Below are positions 12,370 through 24,800 of a stretch of DNA of 41,211 bases, one piece after another. The translations under genes were made by a program, and so were the position numbers. The notes below the pieces were generated by a model. It did not search any database. It was given only the letters and a program-made list of their open reading frames with translations, and was not told where the DNA came from. The DNA is from Pelomyxa schiedti (Eukaryota; Protista; Evosea), in contig JAHLWZ010000195.1 of the NCBI GenBank assembly GCA_020536535.1, forward strand, positions 1-41,211, written 5' to 3'. Numbering within the stretch: the first letter of the stretch is position 1; every line of letters starts with the position of its first letter.

Positions 12370-13216
12370 ATGGGTTGCGGTGTTAGCGCAAGCCCAGTCT
12401 ATTTCAGTGGCAACGTGGCAGCAACTCGTTTGGCACCTGCTCACCCTTCTCATACCAACAGGCGTCCCACAACGGAACGCACACCCGCTGCGGGTGCACC
12501 ACCCCGACGAACTATCGCTTCTGATGCAACATGTGTCATGGAAAGAACTGACTCCACGGTTTGTTGTTTAGCCAATCCTCAGGACACGAGAAACAACCAC
12601 CAAGCAGGCAGACTGCCACTTAGAGATGCCCACCCACGAATATTGTGTTGGTATTGCTGATATTGATTCTCACCACAAGCTGATCCTTTGCCTAATTGGA
12701 AAAATGGATGCCCTCATCGAGGTATTCCTCACTTGATCCATTCCGTTAATGTTTATGACCAAGTCAGGCAGAAACCCCTGACCTTGCTCAAGCTCTTGCC
12801 CAGCAATGTAAAACCTTCCAGGAGCGCATTGCACAGTACCTAAAACACGAAGAGTGCTTGATGCGAATATCGAAGTACCCTGATTTTGATTATCACGCGG
12901 CAGTACACACAGAGTGCATAGCAATAGTGAGCTCCCTGCCTCTCCAACCGAAAATAATTGTGAAATTTCACAGGTGACAACAGCCGTGAACGACACTTCA
13001 CAAGGCAGACTGGAGCCACAAATGTGTTTTCCTAAGATCATCAAGGAGTGGCTTCTCTCACACATCAAAACCCACGATAAGTAAGTGCTTGAAATCCTTG
13101 CAGTTTCCTAACATCGCATTAGAGCTTTTGCTGATTGGATGAGTACATACGGGGCCCCAGAGCTGTCTCGGGAAGGCATGTACCTAGACTCCACCTTAGC
13201 AACACCCTCACTGTAA
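12370..13216 (+). CDS. Hemerythrin-like di-iron protein with N-terminal MGCGVS acylation motif, 5 exons
   Basis: Exons about 12370-12558, 12605(or 12608)-12721, 12768-12926, 12974-13080, 13123-13216 give YCVGIADIDSHHKLIL...QYLKHEECLMRISKYPDFDYHAAVH...EWLLSHIKTHDKAFADW. This is the hemerythrin ligand spacing (H; H/Y-xxx-E; HxxxH; HxxxxD). The ORF track does not show this gene because of its introns. Confidence 0.88.
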
Positions 13217-13262
13217 TAAACTTGTAAAAATGTATGTTTTTGTAAATTTTGCACGAGGTTTT

Positions 13263-13803
13263 TTAGAATTTTATTTTCTCGAACTTCCCTACAACACGAC
13301 CACATGAACCGCAATAGTGCTCGACATCTATTGGATTGTGAATAATCATTTGATGAAAAGTTGGCTACCTTTGCACACGTCTAGGCAAAAGGGGATAAAA
13401 CAGCATCCACACCACCCGCCAAACAAACAAACAATTCCTAAAAAAAAATGAGTGTGAAAAGTGGGCCTGTTTACAACCTCCACTCATCCAAGTCAGCAGA
13501 CCGTTGATGTGGCGAATTTTTGTTGGGCCAATATTGCCGCAGAACTGGCACCGCACAGTCATTGATCTAGGTGTGTTAGGTAGTGGTGGACAGCATGATT
13601 GCGTACATGTCGCGGTACTTTGCATCGTGGCTCTCTTGTACGTATATAGCTGGTGCGGGTACAGGAACGGCGAGAAGTGGCGTGTTGGGAGCAATGTAAG
13701 ACGTGCCGTCGGTACATGCAACGCCCGGGGCTATCGGCGGTGGCACCACAGACACATACCCTGACGTTGGTGATGCGTACGTCGGAGGCGGGTCGTAACT
13801 CAT
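13263..13803 (-). CDS. LITAF/SIMPLE-family zinc-ribbon membrane protein, 4 exons
   Basis: MSYDPPPTY (Pro-rich) ... SMTVRCQFCGNIGPTKIRHINGLLTW...CLFGGWCGCCFIPFCLDVCKDVEHYCGSCGRVVGKF: split CxxC / HxCxxC around a hydrophobic segment. Stop TAA at 13263-13265. Confidence 0.92.
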
Positions 13804-14128
13804 TGTTATTTCTTTGTTTTATTTGAAACTGCCCCAGTGATGGGGGGACGTTATTACAAAACACTTTTAATTGTAAATTACAGATACATACCATAATTAC
13901 ATTTTATTGTAAGGCCGGGAGCCGAATAGCGACTACATCTGTAACCTTGTGCGGCTTAGAGTCCTTGGTGATTGTGAATGTGTACTTCATCAGGGTTCAA
14001 AGATAACCCAGACCCGCAAGATCACTGGGCAATCTGAAGGGATCCCAATGACATTGATTGGTTTCCTGCATGACCCCAGATATTTGTTTCTTGATTCTTT
14101 TTACAACGCAAAATTCATGTAGATTTTA

Positions 14129-16893
14129 TTATGACCAGCTTGCTGTTGTTGCTCTGGAAGAGTTTTTCCTGGCTTCCCACCTTGCTCTTATAAATCCCTC
14201 CAGGTTGAGCACAGGTTGCTCCACAAGCAGGAAGACAAATGCAGCCACAAGGTATGTCATGACCACATGTCCAAAAAAGTTGTATAAGGTGGAGTACATC
14301 GTGAAGTCAGTGTAGTTCTCGACCTTGTAGTAGGCAAAGGAAATCATCCAGCTGTGAACCAGGTACGCTCCATAGTTCAGGCGGGCCAAGGGAACCCACA
14401 GCGTGATAGCGAGCACGTTCTCTACGATCTTCACTTCCCCACATAGAATACTATACATAACTAGGCCAAGACCAATTGACCAACTACAACTTGCTAGACT
14501 TAGATACAAAGCATTCTCCGTGTATGACCAGCCATGTCCCATGAATAGATGTAACTTGCCAAACAGTGGCAAGATCATCAACGGAACTGTTAATTGGTAA
14601 GCCCCTACAATATAACATGGCCGCATACCCCCAATGACCCATGTTAAAATGATTGCTCTTTTACTTCTTGACTGTCTCTTATCACGCTGTAAGAGAAGGG
14701 CTGATAAAACTACTTAAGAAACACAGCAGAAATAAAATTTACCTGCTACTAGAAATCCAGAAATATAAGGAAAAGTCCGGGCAAATGGCTTTTTTTAATG
14801 AGTACAAAAAGAAGTTTAATTTTTAATTGTCAGTACCTTGTCGCAGGCCCAGTCCAACCACTTGAGTGTAAACAACTTCACATTAAAAGCAAGGGAAAGT
14901 GTCAATAAGTAACAAATGTTCAGTAAAATCACAACAATGGAAACGATGTAACCAAGCTTCCTGTTTTCAAAGGGATTGGTTCAATTCAAAGAGTTTTCAC
15001 AATAAACATACACTTTCTTTGCAAAGACAATTATGAGAAGTGGTGAAAAAAGGTAAAGCTGCATGTCTACAGCAAGATACCATGTCCATCCCATACACTG
15101 CTCATAGAACTTCGTTGGGTAAAAGTTGTTTCTAAAACCAGTTCAGTTCCCAAAAAAAACCACAACAATAAATACATATACAGCAAGTTGGTCCAAAAGT
15201 AGTCCACGCACTGAAAGACCTGAGGAAATAAGAAAATTGTAGGAAAAATGAAGGTATACCCCTGGGATTCCGTACTGAAACTTAGCCCAAAACGGGCCAT
15301 TCCCAAGAAGAATACTGAGCTGTGTATAGCCTAGAATGCACAAGGCATAACTGCTGGGGATGAGTTTTTACACCCATTCCTGTAATTACCTTGGTAAAAG
15401 TCTCCATGGTCGTTGGAGTAAAAATAAAGCCCAGTTCACCGAACCACGTAACAATTTCGATATTGTAAGGAAAGCCACAAGAAACCCTGACAAAAAGAGG
15501 AACGTATCAACAGCAAACTCTAAACTGAATATAATCTGACGAGTCTTTCAGATAGTCGTAATGGTAAAAAAAAACCTGAAATGCAAAAGGAGTGTACTGT
15601 GTGAGCACAGACGGGTCAGCAATTCCAACCCTGAATAGTACTACAAATGTGTTTCCTTTTTTGTGTGACACAAGGGCTCACTCAGCAAAAAACAAAGTAC
15701 CAGTGATTATCCAGAGCATCGCTAAGGCACGTACTCCATTACAAGCATCGAGTGAGGAGTGACTGGAAATCTCCAGCATCTAGAAGCTGTTAAATTCACA
15801 TTTCTCCTAAAAATCATGTTACCTTCCAGAAATTGATTCTTAAAGAAAAGCAGTCTAAAAACTGATACAAGGAGGGGTGCTTGTCATTGGAATAGTTGGT
15901 AGTGGTAGTCGTTGTAGACCCATGTGAACCTAGAAGCGCTCTTTTCTCTAACGAGTCCCAGTCGACATACACAGTGCCTGAATGAAGTTGATTAATTTTT
16001 TTGATTCCGCAAAGGGCGCGGGGAACTACCTTTACTTGTTGCTGATGTGGATTCATAAGCCATCATGTTATCCACTACTGCATCCTCTATTGATGTGGAG
16101 GATGTCGCTACTGGTATTTTTGTATCCACAATTGCCTGTACTTGAGTTTCGTGATTGTGCCTGTCTGAAAGGTAAAACAGGGCATCCCGAGTGGTACCAA
16201 TGATGTGGATAATTAGAAGAGCAATCACTAAACCCAATAAGATATATCCCCAAGCCTGAGAAAGTGTAAGTGTAAGGAAAAGATAATATACAAGTCAAAC
16301 AGTGAGATGGTCCATCGCTTTTCGGCAGTCTATGTGTGGATTCGTTGTATTGGGGCAATTCGTGAGTGCTCGTAGGTGGGTATAAACAATAGCATAATCA
16401 GATGCGTTGCAGGCACTTGGAAAGCACATCCCGATACCAAAGTTGCGAGTAATTCCGTCACTCTGGTGGTAGTATTCTTCCACCTAGTGGTATTACACAA
16501 AGTAACAGGTGTGGCGGCCAGACCAAGCAATAAGTAATGTTATATGTATCGGCTATATTATGACAGTCCCTAAAGTTGCCTGCGTCGTTGAAGTCTTTAC
16601 CAGAGGCTTTGATCACTAAGGTGTGTCACCTTTCCAGGAACAACAGGGGCAACCAAGCACTTACTTTCAAGCACAGCAGGCTGCCATGGATTACTGGCAT
16701 TTCCGGCGTCCCATGCTGTTGTCGTTAAGCAATACGTGGTAGGCTGCGAAACCGAAAGCAACAACAACTCACCATCGGCGCATTGCGGGGTCAGCTCATC
16801 GATAACGTCCGATATGGATTTCACAAGCCCACCACTCTGCCCAGCACACCCAACCACTATGCCTGTCAAAAGGGCAAGTGCAATCCGATGCAT
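14129..16893 (-). CDS. NRF-6-like / acyltransferase-3 family multi-pass membrane protein
   Basis: Signal peptide MHRIALALLTGIVVG; NRF-like domain ASGKDFNDAGNFRDC...GMCFPSACNASD; AT3 domain LDACNGVRALAMLWII, WVPLARLNYGAYLVH, FLLVEQPVLNLE. The 3' end may splice on towards about 13910. Confidence 0.85.
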
Positions 16894-16908
16894 ATTATTT
16901 TTTTTGTT

Positions 16909-17841
16909 TTAGTTTCTCTTTGCTTTTTGTGTTGGGCCATGAAAAACTATGATGATCCTGTAGGCAAAATAGAACTGCAGGCCGCAATATGTGATGAGCT
17001 CTGTGCAAGCAAAGACTGGGAGCCATTTTGGAACGGTGCTATCTGCAAAGAAAGAGCCAGAGAGAAGCATGTACCACGATAAAACACAGAGGAGCGGTGC
17101 AAACAAGCATCTCCCCACACAGAACAGTACGGAAAATACAACCGTGTTCACATGAAAGAGTGCAGTGCCATTTTTGCGATTGTGATCCAGGAACCAACCA
17201 ATGTGAAGGAATGGAGTACTCATCTCATTCTGTGTAGAAATTAGGCTTTTCCAATAGCATACACTTGTAAAGTACAGTTTGAAGTAATATGTGAATTATC
17301 AAAGCCCAGGAGTAGTATAGGATGATCACGTACTCGACGCCACACAAGATGTGGTGAAAGTAGTCAGTGATCCCGAATTTGGCATGCTTGTCTGTTGCAT
17401 TAACAATGATGTCGGCAATGAAATATCCAAGTGTGACAGCAATTACTGCACAGAGTTAAGTATTGAGAAGCGGTCCAAGCGCACCGTATTCTTGTGTGGG
17501 ATCGCTATATCGCAGAGAATTCACAGCGTCAACAAAGTCAGATGGATGGCTAACACAAAAGAATCTCCAGGACGACCACAGAGCCAGTGCTGTCGATACA
17601 AGCCCATGAAAGCCCGCAACGATTCTCTACGATAACAAGGTCAAACACCTAATGGCCATTAGAAACAACGACATACATGGCACGCACTGGAGTAGGCTTG
17701 CTTGTCCCAGACGGAAGGACTCAACGGTACGAACAAGTACAGTCCCCAAAATAGCAGACACCACGCCACCGTGGCAATGCCACATCCACCGTAGGACCAC
17801 AACCTTTGTTGTTCCCTCAATGCCTCGCCCACGTCTTCCAT
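16909..17841 (-). CDS. TLC (TRAM/LAG1/CLN8) domain membrane protein, TLCD5/TMEM136-like
   Basis: Spliced motifs RIVAGFHGLVST, TLGYFIADI, DYFHHIL, NEMSTPFLHIGWFL, FCVGRCL, GLQFYFAYRI. Stop TAA 16909-16911. Confidence 0.85.
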
Positions 17842-17884
17842 GGCGATTATGGTTTTTACACGTAAAATTGGATAACAACAAAAC

Positions 17885-20741
17885 TTACGAGTCTTCCTTA
17901 GACTGTAGAGAGGAAGGTGTGGTGGTTGACGTGGTGGTGTCGATTGTTGTTGTTGTTGCTGCTGTAGAGGTAGAGGCGGGGCTTTCTTGTGCGTTTATGA
18001 CTTGAACAGCACAGCCAGCTAATCTTTGGCGTTTCCAGAGATGTGCACGTTCCAACAGTTTGAGGTTTGGTGCTCCCGCTTCTTCACCCCTAATAGAGGT
18101 TAGTCCTGCATAAAAGAACAACAAAAAGTGCTTACGGAAAAATGTAGTGCCAATATTCTTCCCAACCGGCATCACTCTAAGTAAGTGTTAGACGATCCGT
18201 AAAAATACAAAGTCTGGAACTCACTCCATCATCTGCTTTTATCAACCTCCTTTTCTTTACTCTCTTGGGCATCATTTTTTGCACTTTGTCGATACATTGG
18301 GCATCTCCAATTTCCTTTTCAACTGCTAACCAGCTTTCAAGGAGCATCACTCTCTGGTTGAAGGTTGAGTACAAACATTGATGTAAAAGTGTAGAAACCT
18401 CATCTTTCATGTCTTCCGATTTGAGGAAATCGTGGGCTTCAGAATATAGTGCTCTTGAATTGTCATCGCTTTGTGCTACAGAGTGCTCAAACTGGGCGAA
18501 ACTTATCCACACCTGTACTACTAAGTATAACTCCTCTAGAGAAGGAAAAACCTTCACGTGCTTAGTCCGCTGTAGCAACCTCCGATATAATGACCGGACA
18601 CGATCCATTTCCCCCAAAGAAATTTCAAAGTCAATGTAGTGTTTCCAGAGTAACTCCGGCATGTCTAGTACGCCTTGGGAGACCGCAAGTTCCAATACTC
18701 CTCGTGCTCTTTCTATTTCATTTAGGCCTTTTTCCATTTCCGCGAACTCAGTCCAAGCCTATGGAGCCCTTAATTCTAAAAAAAAAATAGTTTTCAAACC
18801 TTGCAATTAGTGGGATTAGCAGACAGAAGCCCAACGTAAAGCTTTCTGCATCTTTCCACTTCACCAAGTTGTAATTCCATTTTTAAGTAGTGATCATAAA
18901 CCTTTAAAAAGGGTGAGGAAAAAACCAAAGACAGCAGGGTTTGACCTTAGGGCTATGATGAAGAACCCCAAGAGCTTGCCCGAAGACAGAACGGGCTGCA
19001 TCAACCCCTCCGTGCCGCACCTCAAATTTTGCGTACATAGTCCATACCTTGCAAAAGGAGAACTTTTTATGTGGTATTAAGCCAATGCACGCTTTGTAAA
19101 CTTCTCTCGTCCGAGGGATATCCTACAATATTAGATAAAAAATGGAAAGTTATGAAACTACCTTTGCAACGAGTTCTTCAAATATCGCATACTTGATCCA
19201 AAGATAGATGTACCGTCTCCAAAAACGTTTCTCTGAAGCAGGTGGCACAGCTGCTATGGCGCGTTCGTAAGTCTCCCTTATTTTTTCAATGTTCCCGTAT
19301 TCTTCTTCTAACCGAAGATAGTCGAACCAGGCATCATAATTTGTAGGAGCGAGCTTGACCTCCTTAGATGGGATTAGGAACATCAGAAGTACGAACACAG
19401 ATAAACCTCTTCATACTGGAAGCGCCTTTTACTTATAATAACATCCTCGATTCCAACACGATCACCGTGCGTTTTTTCAAAGGCTACAAACATTCTGTAC
19501 AGGTCTTGTGCTTTGGGTTTCTCAATGTGGTCAAGTGCATATTTATAGATAGCTCTCGCTCTATCATCCTGTAAAAGGTTCAGTAAGAGTTGGACTGAGT
19601 GTTGGACTACCTCATGGCATCTCTCCTCAAACTTTGCAAAGGCAACAAATAGTTTTTCATCATTTGCCTCATCACCAAGAGATTCAACAGCACGTGTGTA
19701 CACAGACCGTGCAGCATTAACATCTCCGCATTCTTCCTCTTCAAACTTCGCCCATTTCAACCACGATTTAACAGATGGGTGACACGCCACAAATCGCTCA
19801 AACACTGCACGAGCTCGCTTCTTCTCTCCTAATCGAGTCTCAAATTTGACAAATGACATCCATGCATGCTCAACAGGATGCCAGTCCATCCATCTTTCAA
19901 AGACCTGTAAAAAATATGAGTACAGGGAAAGAATGAAACAGTCACTCAAACCTGACGTGCACCAGCATAGTTTCCAAGCACGTCCTCCATATAAGTATAC
20001 TTATACCTTGGAGCTGTGAGAAGGAGTGTCAGAAACACGATAGACGCACCAAAACTGAGACACTCTTGGAAGTAAAGTAACAGCCCGATCCCAGATATTC
20101 CTAGCTCTGTTGACATTCTTGTTCCTCATCTCCATTTCAGCATATTTGAGCCAAAGTGTTACATTCCGGTAGTCTTCATCCAGCGCACGTTCAAAGACAC
20201 TCCTAGCACGCTCGAATTCGCCTTGCGTTTCTTCCCATTGCGCATATTTGATCCAATTTGTAACCAAGAAGCGGTTGCGACGAATGTTATCTTCGTATGA
20301 CTTACGTTTCATCAACCTTTTGCCATAAGAAGGAAGAAAGAGCAACTAAAAGAAACCGGTATTCCTCGAGTTCCTCAGGGTCGGTAATTCTCTGTCTGGG
20401 TGGCTTAATCTCGGATTCTTGTCTCTCTAGGGCCTCGCGAAGGATTTGCTCGGCGGTAATTTGCAGTGGCGCTGGTTGTTTGTTCTTGACTTTGGTGGAT
20501 CGGCCAGAACGTGGCCCTGCTCGAGCAGACACCACAGCGCCTCCTCCCGGTCCCCCTATCCCAACGTTATTGAAAAAAAAAGGGAAAAAAAAAAAACCAA
20601 AGAGTACAGCATACCAGGGGGCACATTGGAGTACATCATGCCACCCCCTCTCGATGCCCCACCGAAAGAATCACTAGACCGTTGTCGTACACCAAGCAAC
20701 CCGCCCCGGCTTCCCGGTACGTGCTCCTCCATGTCCCCCAT
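17885..20741 (-). CDS. CRNKL1: Crooked neck / Clf1 / Syf3 spliceosomal HAT-repeat protein
   Basis: [34 protein letters not shown]...WIKYAQWEE, many HAT repeats, [48 protein letters not shown]. All introns are GT-AG. Confidence 0.96.
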
Positions 20742-20807
20742 GTGAATTTTCTTTTGTTTTTATGTTGATCAGATGAGATCCCCAGAATAATTTTCCTTCC
20801 CTTGCTC

Positions 20808-21820
20808 ATGAGCCAAGACGAAGAGAGAGGGCTGGAGGTGGAGGCCCTGCAATGCATCTACGCTGATGACTTCGCTCGTTTGTGTCTTGTTTCTGCTGTC
20901 GTCGTCGTGCTAAGCATTTTATAGTCATCTCCTCGACCCCGCATCACTTTACAATACGAATAACCACACCACAGAGTATGCTACTTTGTCTTTTTTTTTT
21001 TTTCCCCTCAACCTCACGCAGCCAGGCATTTACCTGGGGCTGCCTTTACACTCGACGTAACCTTCACTCCAAATTACCCCAACGAACTCCCTGTTTTCCT
21101 TACAAAGGTTGTTGCCATTGTTGTTCACAAACTGCTAATTCCTAGTAGGCTGAAAACAACCTTACTAGCGATGATATTGCTCAGATGAAGCCCATTATCG
21201 TAGAGGAAGCGAACAAGAACCTTGGAAATCAAATGGTTTACGCCGTGGTGGGTGACCCAAATTTCATTTTCTACGTTTACGTGGCTAGGCGCAACGATTG
21301 AAGGAGTGGATTGATGACAAGCGAGCGAAATATGTGCCTCCTGCTAAACCTGTCGTGGTGGAGACCAAGCACGTAAGATATCTTATCTGAATATAACGAT
21401 ACAAATTCAAACAAGCCGGTACCATTCTCTTAAACCACCCAGATAGGAACTGCCGTTACACCACAGACGTTTACCAAGTGGTGGAACTCCTTTCTGGTCC
21501 GCCATCCAGAAAAGACACTTCAAGCTATATGCGCATCTCGTGTTGCCTCACATCAAGCACGCCGTAGCTCCAGACGCGCCACCACCACCAGCGCTGCTTC
21601 ACCTAGCAGCGGTAGTGGGGGATTTACAGGCCGGCAGCTATTTGAGAGGGACAAATCATTGGTTGGGTCAGACACATTACCTGATTCAGGTTACCACCTC
21701 ACTCCCTTTTCTGGTACTAAACGCTGCTATTGACATCATTCAGGTGCGAGCGGAGTTGACTGGTCGTTGTTTGCCGACGAGGACGACGATCTAGACGACG
21801 ATGACGGAAATCAAAGCTGA
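20808..21820 (+). CDS. RWDD1: RWD-domain protein, RWDD1/Gir2-like
   Basis: MSQDEERGLEVEALQCIYADD, FTPNYPNELP (YPxxxP), EEANKNLGNQMVYAV, GTAVTPQTFTKWW, FTGRQLFERDKSL, VDWSLF and an acidic tail. Stop TGA 21818-21820. Confidence 0.88.
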
Positions 21821-21868
21821 TTCCAAACAGGAATTCAAAAATAAACAACCCGTAAAGGGAAGGCAACG

Positions 21869-24800
21869 ATGTCGCGATGGGGCGTGGGAAGGGGGCAACA
21901 ACAGTGCGTCTTTGCGTTCATCGTCGTTGTTGTGGTAGTGGGTGTAACACAGGCAGTCAGCAGCAGCAGTGCGACTGAGATGGAGGAGGAGAGGTCTCTC
22001 AGAGATGGGGCAGCGTGTAGCCTACAAGTGGAGGCGGGGGTGCTGTGCAACATATCAGCGACGTGGAATTGGTTGTGGCTGACGGCGGGGGACCCGTGCA
22101 CGTGGAGTGCGCCGTGTGAGGGCTACTTGCAAGGCGTGACATGCTTTACCACTGGTGACGGAGACCTAGAAGGTCACCTCATGGCTCTGTATGACTTCCT
22201 CTTTACTTGTTTGGTACTAAATCTCTGTACTACAGTGACCTTTCAAGCAGCTCCCTTTACGGGACTTTCCCAAGTTCCCTTTTGCAATTATGTTACATTC
22301 ACACCTTGTAAGCCTGCCCTCACTTCGACCTTTTACTCACTATTATAAGGGATCTTTCAGATAACTATCTTGAGGACTACCTTCCATCTGGAATATCACA
22401 GTTGAAGACACTTCAATCTCTGTATTTTCGCCAAAACAAAAGTGGTATAAATTAATAAGTGTTTCAGAAATCTCGAGCACAATAGTTTGGATGGCACTAT
22501 TCCTTCTTCATGGAGCAGTTTAAAGCTTCTCTATGACTTGTATATCTTCGTGGAAAATGTTTTCTATGTAACTCAGCTTCAGGGATCTCAGCAATAACTA
22601 CTTGCATGGCGCAATACCAGTTTCCTTTGGTGAGATGGACGCACTGTTCACTCTGTGTGATGCCCCTGGTTCACATTCGTAAACTAACATATGAAAGTGA
22701 TCTGGGATCCAATCAATTATCAGGCCTAATTCCAGATTCACTGGGAAAGTTGACACAATTGGCAACAATGTAAATTAGTTTTCATGTATCTCCCCTTATG
22801 AATGCAAAGCGATCTCTCAGAAAACCAACTTGCTGGAAGTATACCACATTTTTCCGATAATCTTGAGTCTTTGTACTGCACAATACTTATCTACAAGCTT
22901 TTTAAACAACAACAGACTGTTGCAACACAATCGCTTTGGAGGACAAATCCCCTCTGCCCTTGGAGAGTGCACATTGCTTCAATATATGTATGATACAGAA
23001 GTGGTTCAAAATGAAACCCTAAACAAAACTAGAGATTTAAGTCAAAACGAGTTCACAGGAACTATTCCATCTGAGATATTTGAGGTTGAGTATCTGTTCA
23101 TTGCGTATGTTCAATAGTGCTTCTTTTCGTGTAAAATCTGGCAGAGTTTTTGCCACAAATAGCCTTGTGGGAACAATTCCCCCTTCAATGCAGTATCTTT
23201 CCATGCTTACAAAGATGTACGTCTCTTGAAGGAACCTTGCAGCTACCAACCTTTTTTTTTTTTTTTTGGGCTAGTGATTTTGAAAACAATGACCTTACTG
23301 GTACAATCCCGTCACTGCTGGGTGCATACAGTCAGTACCTGTACTACGTGTATGCTCCATCTTCTTGAGTCCCTTTTTGACATTCTCTTAAGAGATTTAT
23401 CTGGAAATAGTCTTTCAGGCTCTGTTCCTACTCCACTAGGAAATGCTACAATGCTTCAGTTTTTGTATGCAACTGAAGTAATACGCTGCGAATTAACCAT
23501 CACTAAAGGGACTTGTCAGATAATCAGTTATCGGGAACTCTCCCTGACTGGTCCCCAACACAACTGATGCTAACTGGAATGTACACAAACTTTCTCTGTA
23601 GGTCAAGTTATAGTAACCCTTCATAAGCCACTTAGGTACAAATGAAATCACAGGAACTATTCCTTCCTCTTTGGGTTGCCTAGAAAACCTCCAGTACTTG
23701 TATACCTCCAGTAATCCACTTCCGCTATTTTCTTTACCCATCTTAGGTGTCTTCCTCGAAACCAACTCAGTGGAACTATCCCAACTGCCTTGGGGGAGCT
23801 CCAGGCCCTTGTAGGATTGTATGATATTTGAGTTCATCGAATTATATTCTAAGGATTTAAAGGGATTGCTCTAGTAATCAGCTGACTGGAGCAATTCCGA
23901 GTGCCATCGGCGATTTGGAGGCTCTCGAGTCCCTGTATTTGCCTTTTGTGTCTCATTTTTTTGTTTTAACTCCTTCCTGACAGTGATTTTTCCAACAACC
24001 TTTTGACTGGAGGCATTCCTTTGCAATTGGGAAAATTAGTAGATCTGCAGTTAATGTAACATTTCGCGTACCCATTGCGTCATTTACTTTCACGAAGGAA
24101 TCTGAAAAACAATGAGCTTGGAGGCACACTACCACCAAATTTTTTTGCAAATCTTTCTCGAATATCAACTCTGTAGGTTCCTTTTGCAAGCCCCATCTAA
24201 CATAGTGCAGAGATATGTCATCAAACATCCTTCAAGGCAACTTGTCTCTGGCTGATTTCTACTCATCGTTTACGTTCTGGTGAGATCTTACAAAGAGGAA
24301 GTATTTTTAATGTCTTACAAAGCAACCTATCATCCAACTGCTTTGAGTTCTCTTCTCCGTCAATGTGCAATGGCGAGATTTCGAGATCTAAACCTTTGTG
24401 CTCCTGTGTCGCAACAAATAGTTGTTTTATTGATGGGGACTGTTGGAGTAATGGAGAAAGTTCTCACGGCTGCGCGGACGTGTGCAATACCTCCACCACA
24501 CAGCTTGCCTGGGTTCATTCCCAATGTACGTTTCCATTTTGTATTTAACAATTGACACTCTATTTGTAGGCGTACCGATTTGGATGGTACTAACTTTACT
24601 TCTGATTGCTGTTTTGTTAGGAGGAATTGTATTGTCCGTTGTAATTTTGGCCGTCGTAGTCACAAGAAGGTACCCGACAAAAAAGTGGAGCTCTTTTTCA
24701 TGCCCACTTAGGAGAAGAAAAAACAAACAGTTGGAGCTGTCTGAGACCCAAAGGCTTCTTATAAACTATGACTCTAAGTAGCATCTTTCATTTTTGCTTC

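Noticed and set aside
12670-13314. Minus-strand ORFs 12670-13068 and 13108-13314 (briefly ApaG-like)
   Set aside because: The plus strand splices cleanly into a hemerythrin; these are shadows.
17879-17890. GTAAGT overlapping the CRNKL1 stop, suggesting a CRNKL1-TLC splice fusion
   Set aside because: Donor phase 2 does not match the nearest acceptor (phase 1) for the TLC frame.
21611-21629. Apparent ultra-short intron in RWDD1
   Set aside because: Recounting the G run (5 G) shows the exon is continuous in frame (SGSGGFTGRQLF).
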